In this document: in pieces, positions 57,963 to 64,000 of the stretch
How the letters are laid out: every line of letters starts with the position of its first letter
Numbering within the stretch: position 1 is the first letter of the stretch
Source of the DNA: a virus
Lineage: Duplodnaviria; Caudoviricetes
Virus record (IMG/VR): IMGVR_UViG_3300031857_023573
Coordinates: 64,001 to 128,000 of that record
Strand: one strand, 5' to 3'
Length of the DNA stretch: 64,000 bases
Translations under genes and position numbers: made by a program
The notes under the pieces: generated by a model
What the model was told of the DNA's origin: nothing
Databases searched by the model: none
Seen by the model: only the letters and a program-made list of their open reading frames with translations

Positions 57963-58628
57963 GTGAAAAATATACTTATACATACTAAGTGTGGTGATGG
58001 TTATATTCACGATAATATAACTCACTCTGTCAATATGTTATTGAATTTACTTATAGAATTTAATGTCACTGTGAGTAATAATACAGGTGTATTTGATTTA
58101 GATATATCCGATTATGATTTAATCATTTTTCCAAACACAAATAATGATACATTTGATAATGATGATCAAAGACAAAGGTTTAAATCTTGGTTTCAATCCG
58201 GTGGTAAAGTGTTAGGTATTCACTCTTTTGTGGGAACGGAACGAAATTGGGTATGGTTTAAGAAATTAAAAGGGTGTTCTTTTCTATGGCATCCTGAATT
58301 GCAAATAACTAAAAATATTTTTAATAAACCAGTATCTAACATTCCTACTGAATGGTTTATTGAAGACGAATGTTACTTTGGTGAAGATTATTTTGATGGT
58401 GTTGACGTTATAACCTACCAAGATTTGAGTTTTTTAGACAAATCAGAAATAGAAGAGATAAAAAAGTATTCCGGAAAATGGTTTCCACTATATCCATCTA
58501 CTTGGTATCAAAATTATGATGGTGGTCACGTCTGGGTGACTTCACTTGGACACAACATAGAAACTTATTCAAACGAATTATTTATAAATCATATAAAAAA
58601 TGGAATAGATTTATTAAATGCTAAGTAA
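57963..58628 (+). CDS. ThuA-like (class I glutamine amidotransferase-like) protein
   Basis: GGKVLGIH, FLWHP, DECY, GHVWVTSLGH. Confidence 0.75.
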   Translation: MKNILIHTKCGDGYIHDNITHSVNMLLNLLIEFNVTVSNNTGVFDLDISDYDLIIFPNTNNDTFDNDDQRQRFKSWFQSGGKVLGIHSFVGTERNWVWFKKLKGCSFLWHPELQITKNIFNKPVSNIPTEWFIEDECYFGEDYFDGVDVITYQDLSFLDKSEIEEIKKYSGKWFPLYPSTWYQNYDGGHVWVTSLGHNIETYSNELFINHIKNGIDLLNAK

Positions 58629-59064
58629 AGAATACTGGTCTCAGGATCTTCCAAGACCACTTAGTCCAAATGATGAAGATGTTAGTATCTTTAAAGATAA
58701 TATGATTTCGGGTAGAACTCTTCTACTTGGTTGTACAAGGAAGTTATTAGACTTATCTGATGTACAAATTGACTTAGATCCTTGGTGGATTGGTCCAAAT
58801 ACCATAACTGGAAATTGGTTAGATAATAAAGATTTTTTTGAGAATATTATATGTGATGGTGGTCTTTGTTTTACTAAAGAACTATCAGATAGTATGTTAG
58901 AAATGGCCTCTAAAAATTGTAAAGTTTTTATAAATAGATCATTTACAAGAAAACTACCAATTATGAAGATTGCTGATTACTTTCCACAATCAATTGACTT
59001 TAAAATAATACCTACAAAGACAATAGTAAAAGAAGATTATTCATTTTACATATGGAATTTTTAA
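58618..59064 (+). CDS. Degenerate SAM-dependent methyltransferase-like protein
   Basis: TLLLGCT, VQIDL, FENIICDGGL. Confidence 0.4.
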   Translation: MLSKEYWSQDLPRPLSPNDEDVSIFKDNMISGRTLLLGCTRKLLDLSDVQIDLDPWWIGPNTITGNWLDNKDFFENIICDGGLCFTKELSDSMLEMASKNCKVFINRSFTRKLPIMKIADYFPQSIDFKIIPTKTIVKEDYSFYIWNF

Positions 59065-60086
59065 ACCCGGATAAAGATATTGCTGAGTTATTAGATTATC
59101 TTGAAAGGTCTCAGTGGTCATTTATTCCTAATTTTAATCTAAACGGATTTAAAATAATGAATAGAAGTGATTTGAGAGATATCGAGATGAAGAATGATGT
59201 TGATGTGTCTAAAACATCTGGTTCTACCGGTGAACCTGTTTCAGTTGGTAAATCATATAAAGATTATATTTGGTATAACGCTCTTTCTATAAGGGAGTAT
59301 AGATGGTTAAAGTGGGATGTTACTAAAAATATGGCCATTATAAAGGCTGGTAATAAAATAAATGATTTATCTGGTTGGGGTATACCAAAATCTATAGAAC
59401 CTGTTCAAGGTTTTACGTTTATAAATGGCTTAAAGCCAATTTCTGAATTACAAAAATGGTTAGAAGAAAAAAATCCACATTATATACACTGTCTACCTTC
59501 TGTTTTTAAACAGTTAGATACCAGTAGAATATCAAATTTTATCGATTGGAAAGGAACTGGTGAGATTGGTGGCAAAGCTTATTCAAGTGAAGAATGTGGT
59601 ATAATTGCCTTAACTTGTCCAGATAATCCAAGTGTATATCATGTTATGGAAAATCAAATAGTTGAGGTTGACTCAGAAGGCGCCATAATTATAACTACAA
59701 CTAGCAACAAATACATAAGAAGATACAAACACGGTGACCATATTGAATTAGGAACTTGTACGTGTGGTAGAACTTTACAAACGATAAAAAAGATAAATGG
59801 TCGTGTAAGAAATATGATGTTATTACCTAATGGTGATAAAAAATGGCCTTTAGTTGGTTCTTTAGAGTACGAATCCTTTGGTATAAAAAGATTTAAGATG
59901 GTTCAGACTGAGATTGATCAACTTGAACTAAGTATTATATGTGACGATTTAGGTGGCAGAGAATCTGAACTAATTGAGGTTGTTCAGAAATGGATTGAAT
60001 TTCCTGTTAATGTTGTTATTAAGTATGTTGATGATTTTCCTAATTATAAATTCGAAGAATTTATATCTAGTATAACTACATATTAA
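59052..60086 (+). CDS. Phenylacetate-CoA ligase/CapK-like adenylate-forming enzyme (compact)
   Basis: KTSGSTGEP, YSSEECG, RYKHGD, GRVRNM. Confidence 0.8.
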   Translation: MEFLNPDKDIAELLDYLERSQWSFIPNFNLNGFKIMNRSDLRDIEMKNDVDVSKTSGSTGEPVSVGKSYKDYIWYNALSIREYRWLKWDVTKNMAIIKAGNKINDLSGWGIPKSIEPVQGFTFINGLKPISELQKWLEEKNPHYIHCLPSVFKQLDTSRISNFIDWKGTGEIGGKAYSSEECGIIALTCPDNPSVYHVMENQIVEVDSEGAIIITTTSNKYIRRYKHGDHIELGTCTCGRTLQTIKKINGRVRNMMLLPNGDKKWPLVGSLEYESFGIKRFKMVQTEIDQLELSIICDDLGGRESELIEVVQKWIEFPVNVVIKYVDDFPNYKFEEFISSITTY

Positions 60087-60634
60087 TAATTGGTTTTAAC
60101 CCAGTCAATTAGTTTCAATAAATTTTCAGTATTATGTGTGTATTTATCTAAAAGGCCTTCTAAAAATTGAAGACGACCGATTTTATATTCAGCACCATAT
60201 ACCTTGTATTCCTCATTAATTCCAATTTCCCACTCAAGTAATTTATCAAAATCACTTTCTACTATACTCATGTCAAAATGATTGAATATCTTTGATAGCT
60301 TTTCCTCTGATTTGTGTTCTTTTGTATCTAAAATCATTTGATAAATGTGTTTAGTGTCTTCGTTTTTCTCTTGACAACAGCTAAGAAAGAATTTAGCACT
60401 CTCTTCTTCATTATTTGATTTAGACGGATCATAAACACAGTCATGGAAAAGTGCGCATAAAATAAGCTTTTCATAGTTTTTATGCGAGTCTAGATAACTT
60501 TTTGCCTCATTAATCTGATCGATTAAATCTAAAAGATGATTTTGCGTATGATAGTGTCTGTGTGGTTCATTCCACATAGATAGAAGAACTTTATAGTCTA
60601 GTTTGATATTCCATTTATCTAATAATTCTTGCAT
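60083..60634 (-). CDS. HD-superfamily phosphohydrolase
   Basis: RHYHTQNH, LFHDCVYD, NEEESA, DMSI. Confidence 0.85.
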   Translation of the reverse strand: MQELLDKWNIKLDYKVLLSMWNEPHRHYHTQNHLLDLIDQINEAKSYLDSHKNYEKLILCALFHDCVYDPSKSNNEEESAKFFLSCCQEKNEDTKHIYQMILDTKEHKSEEKLSKIFNHFDMSIVESDFDKLLEWEIGINEEYKVYGAEYKIGRLQFLEGLLDKYTHNTENLLKLIDWVKTNY

Positions 60635-60658
60635 AAAATTATGAATTTTTCTTATATA

Positions 60659-61936
60659 TTAAAAAGGTAAACATTTATCATCAAAGTCAGTTTTTGTCTG
60701 AATATTTAAAATCTTATTTATATCATATTTATTACTAACTATTTCAACTCTTACAGATAGCTCTAAAAGAAGTTTAGTCTGAATATCAAACTCTGTGTCC
60801 GGTTCAATTCTTTTATTATCAAGAAGTGCAAATGCTACACTAGGATCTTCTTTGAATTCCTCAAGTAATTTCTTAACGAATTTAATTTGTTGTGATAATC
60901 TATACCCTTGTAAATTCTTGATTGAGTTAGGAATGTTTTCAATAATTCTTTTAAGTAGATTGAGATCCTCATCACTTGGTTCAATATCAACATAATTTGT
61001 GTATGTAAAAAGTGGTTGTACTTTAGACCAAACTTTAGACAGTAGATCATCATGTTGAATATTTCTAAAATAGAATAAAAAATCATTAGCGTGCCACAAC
61101 TTATTTTTTATATCATCATTAAGTTCGTCTTGAAAAATTGAACTTGGATTAACAACAGTTTCAAGAGTGAAAATTCCAATATCTATGCCCTTTGATTCTT
61201 TAATAATTGTAGAAATTTCTTTTTCTTTAACTATTTTGAAATATTTAGATAATTCGGTCTCATATTTATTGAATATTTTCTCATATTTATCTGAAAAATA
61301 TCTTCTAGTTACACCATTTAGGTGTCTTGAAATTGTAAAGGCTGCAATTTTGATTTCAGTTTCATCTAGTTTTGCATTTAAATCATCACGTTTTTTTGTA
61401 ATTCTAATCGCAGAGTGATGTGGGCTCCCAAGATTTGTAAGTTTAAGTTCACCAGTATTTAGAAACTCTTCAAACTCTTTTGTCCAATAAAAACTATCAG
61501 TATCTATATGATAGGCGATTTGAGTGCAATTTATATCAAATGAATCCACTACAAGCTCTGGACTATCTTGAGTTGCAGAATAATAAACAAAGTTGTAAAG
61601 TCCAATATTTTCTGTTCTCTCTATAAGATAGAAGTCTTTTGTTTTAGAGCCCTCACAAAATCCGGTATAGTCTTTCCAGTAAATTTTTTCTTGACTTCTA
61701 TAGAAGATTTTCTTTCTTTCATTTGTTGTAGTCATCTCGCCTCCAATAGTGTCTTTATCAAATTTATTTTCAAAGACAAAAACATCGATGTCATTCACTA
61801 CAGCAATATTTCCTGAAATCATTTCCCAGATGATATTCCCTAAAGAACCACCTGCGACAATTCCTGTTTTTGGAAAATTATCTTGTTTTGTTTTTAGTAT
61901 ATCAATTGCCTTTCTTGCTAATTTTTCTATGTTCAT
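60659..61936 (-). CDS. Pol-beta-family nucleotidyltransferase (CCA/poly(A) polymerase-like head)
   Basis: IVAGGSL, NDIDVF, FDINCTQ. Confidence 0.65.
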   Translation of the reverse strand: MNIEKLARKAIDILKTKQDNFPKTGIVAGGSLGNIIWEMISGNIAVVNDIDVFVFENKFDKDTIGGEMTTTNERKKIFYRSQEKIYWKDYTGFCEGSKTKDFYLIERTENIGLYNFVYYSATQDSPELVVDSFDINCTQIAYHIDTDSFYWTKEFEEFLNTGELKLTNLGSPHHSAIRITKKRDDLNAKLDETEIKIAAFTISRHLNGVTRRYFSDKYEKIFNKYETELSKYFKIVKEKEISTIIKESKGIDIGIFTLETVVNPSSIFQDELNDDIKNKLWHANDFLFYFRNIQHDDLLSKVWSKVQPLFTYTNYVDIEPSDEDLNLLKRIIENIPNSIKNLQGYRLSQQIKFVKKLLEEFKEDPSVAFALLDNKRIEPDTEFDIQTKLLLELSVRVEIVSNKYDINKILNIQTKTDFDDKCLPF

Positions 61937-61959
61937 TTTTAATAGTTTACTTTAAGATA

Positions 61960-61990
61960 CAAAGATAAAAATAATTTTTAATAAAACAAA
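61960..61990 (-). promoter_or_regulatory. Bacteroidota-type promoter (TTTG-N19-TATCTTTG)
   Basis: Both elements upstream of the nucleotidyltransferase. Confidence 0.7.
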
Positions 61991-62047
61991 TATCTAAGAT
62001 AAAAAACCCTCAATAATATATACTCTAAACTATATAGTTGAGTATAA

Positions 62048-64000
62048 ATGAAAATTCCTGGTAAATCACCAATTAAGACTATTACTAAAAAGTTGTCGAA
62101 TTTAAATACTGAGCAAACTCAGAACTTGAGTTCAGTTACTTCTAAGCCAACTGCCAAGAATATAGTGCAATTAAATACTAAAGAACTTATTTACAAAAAA
62201 AGTAAAAAAAGCTTTTCTGTAAATATTTTAAACTATGTTGAGCCATATATCTTCAAAGGTCAAAGATATACTCTTTTTTACACTGAGTTTGATCATAATT
62301 TAAGATATGGGGATCGAGTTTTTATTACTGGTGGATTTTATGACTCAGATCTTTTAATTCAAAACAACAAATATGATAAAAGAGCAGATGGTTATTTTGT
62401 TTGTTATGTAGATAGAACACAAGTAGTTTTAGATATTGAGTACACTGGAGACTTACCTTATGAAGAGTATGATATAGATGATTATATAAAAGTCTATGTC
62501 GCAAATACTCAAGAGGAATTTGAATATTTTGTTCAAGCAAAATCCGCCAGAGATTTTGACACTCTATCAAATAGATTTAGTCAGTTTGGGTATTTATCAA
62601 ATAATAATTTTCTCTATATAAATGGTACTTTTAGTTTAACTGGTTCAGACTATGGTATATCTGGATTCAAAGATGGTTCTGGTAACATATCACTAATTTA
62701 TTCGAACTCTTTTTTAGTTTTAAGTGGCACGTCCTCTGGTTATTTACAAGACATTTCCGATGAAATATCACTTGGAAATCACTTAGGTTATACTTCGAAA
62801 AAGGTTTTTGATATAGAGTTTGGAACAGTTGAAACGTATATTGTCCCACCATTTATAAAAATAACAATTACACTTACCGAACCACATGGTTTCGATATAG
62901 GTGCATACACCGATACATTCACATTGAGAAATATAACTGGTTCTGGACTAGTCAACACTTTAAATAGTAATTCTCCCGCTTATTCTGTTACGGGTGAAAA
63001 TGAATTGAGTTTTTTTTTAACATCATTTTTTATAACATCAGAAGTAATTACAGGTGGAAGAATAGAGTTTGAGCCAGCAACTTTAGGTAGGGGAAGTCTA
63101 CAAGGTCTAAACTATAAAACCAATGGTAATTTAAAAATTATAAACTCTGATTTTGAATTTCAATCATTTCTCACCGGAACTGTGAAATTTAAAAAGGGTT
63201 ATCCATATTATTTTGATCCAAATACTTTCCGTTGGAAAGTAAATAGACTTCACAAACAACCAATTATTACTGAACAAAATTTCAGAGATGGTGTATTCAA
63301 AAAAGGTGAGTTCAATCAAGGCTTGATGGGTACTCATCAAAAAACTATTCTACATGATGGTTCTCAAGTAAATTTCACTCTTGGTTCAGTTTTAAATGCC
63401 TTTTGGTACTATGGAAATATTGGATTCGGTGAAGGAAATACCCTTTCATATTTTACATCATTCAACGAATTTTTACTACCTGAAATAAAAGCAAATGAGG
63501 GTAATAACAGAGGACTTGGTTATAACCTAATTTATGATTCAACAATACAACGTTCTATAATTGAAAGTGGTCTTTTTTATAATACAAATTTTGGAATAAA
63601 TTCAGATAACATTCACACAATGACTGAATATTATCAAAATATCTCAACTACTTTTAGTGTTGTAACTAAATTTGGTGAGTACTTTAATTGTGAGTTTGAG
63701 CTTTCAAATCTCAGGAATTCAACAGTTTTAACTTGTGATATCAATAACTCAAAAATAGATCTTAGTAAATCGGTAAACTCTGAAATCTCAAGAAGTGTTT
63801 TCTTGAATTCAAAATATAACTCTGATAAAGTAATCAAGATTCTTGATTATGATGAAAGATTTGTAAAACTATATGATGATAGTCCTACAATTCAAGATTA
63901 TAAGTTATATAAATTCTATATAGATGAATCAAGTTATTCAAGACTTACTGAGTTTCAAAATTTTTATTTTGACGGTATCGAAATTTTAAATTCTGATTTA
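62048..64000 (+). CDS. Large virion-type protein, partial
   Basis: ATG 62048 after AATATATA; no stop seen in the portion translated and the track reports no closed ORF here; FxxGxFxxG repeats resemble the 1829-aa protein. Confidence 0.7.
   Translation, partial: MKIPGKSPIKTITKKLSNLNTEQTQNLSSVTSKPTAKNIVQLNTKELIYKKSKKSFSVNILNYVEPYIFKGQRYTLFYTEFDHNLRYGDRVFITGGFYDSDLLIQNNKYDKRADGYFVCYVDRTQVVLDIEYTGDLPYEEYDIDDYIKVYVANTQEEFEYFVQAKSARDFDTLSNRFSQFGYLSNNNFLYINGTFSLTGSDYGISGFKDGSGNISLIYSNSFLVLSGTSSGYLQDISDEISLGNHLGYTSKKVFDIEFGTVETYIVPPFIKITITLTEPHGFDIGAYTDTFTLRNITGSGLVNTLNSNSPAYSVTGENELSFFLTSFFITSEVITGGRIEFEPATLGRGSLQGLNYKTNGNLKIINSDFEFQSFLTGTVKFKKGYPYYFDPNTFRWKVNRLHKQPIITEQNFRDGVFKKGEFNQGLMGTHQKTILHDGSQVNFTLGSVLNAFWYYGNIGFGEGNTLSYFTSFNEFLLPEIKANEGNNRGLGYNLIYDSTIQRSIIESGLFYNTNFGINSDNIHTMTEYYQNISTTFSVVTKFGEYFNCEFELSNLRNSTVLTCDINNSKIDLSKSVNSEISRSVFLNSKYNSDKVIKILDYDERFVKLYDDSPTIQDYKLYKFYIDESSYSRLTEFQNFYFDGIEILNSDL

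Noticed and set aside
1861-63837. Many short ORFs in the track nested in or antisense to long genes (e.g. 1861, 14920, 21135, 34549, 39142, 62325, 63634)
   Set aside because: They are fully overlapped by well-supported CDSs and have no motifs or promoters of their own
1-64000. Bacterial chromosome or eukaryotic giant virus
   Set aside because: Housekeeping genes are isolated from their operons and mixed with giant virion genes, which argues against a chromosome; sigma factor, IF-3, SmpB and bS1 argue against a eukaryotic host
1-64000. Stop-codon recoding
   Set aside because: The standard code gives near-complete coding density, and TAA, TAG and TGA all end genes
1-64000. CRISPR array, tRNA genes, DGR or retron
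   Set aside because: No spaced repeat array, no complete cloverleaf and no reverse transcriptase or TR/VR pair seen by eye

Overview
AT-rich, gene-dense segment of a large (jumbo-type) tailed dsDNA phage genome, standard genetic code. The host is most likely a member of Bacteroidota: repeated TTTG-N19-21-TAnnTTTG promoters, no Shine-Dalgarno motifs, and a Bacteroidota-style outer-membrane beta-barrel gene. 1-19.6 kb, 40.2-48.7 kb and 62-64 kb hold very large virion/tail proteins (collagen, delta-60 propeller, LamG, Asn-rich and GxW beta-helix, CBM-like repeats). The rest is accessory: PhoH with a class 3-type LAGLIDADG intein, a GIY-YIG endonuclease, ClpP, M16 and M28 peptidases, NUDIX, an ECF sigma factor, NAD-dependent ligase, TOPRIM and AEP-like proteins, Dam, AhcY, thioredoxin, CoaE-like and PaaK-like enzymes. 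A striking translation/ribosome-rescue set is present: IF-3, SmpB, bS1 and an ArfA-like peptide. The best candidate for a new system is an unannotated ~330-nt structured RNA directly downstream of smpB. It has tmRNA-like pseudoknots and a short tag-like frame, but no recognisable tRNA-like domain. Also notable: T4-like capsid-targeting N-termini on several unknown proteins (one ART-like), two separable promoter classes, and a gene whose 5' and 3' UTRs are complementary. All assignments come from motif reading by eye; no database searches were run.
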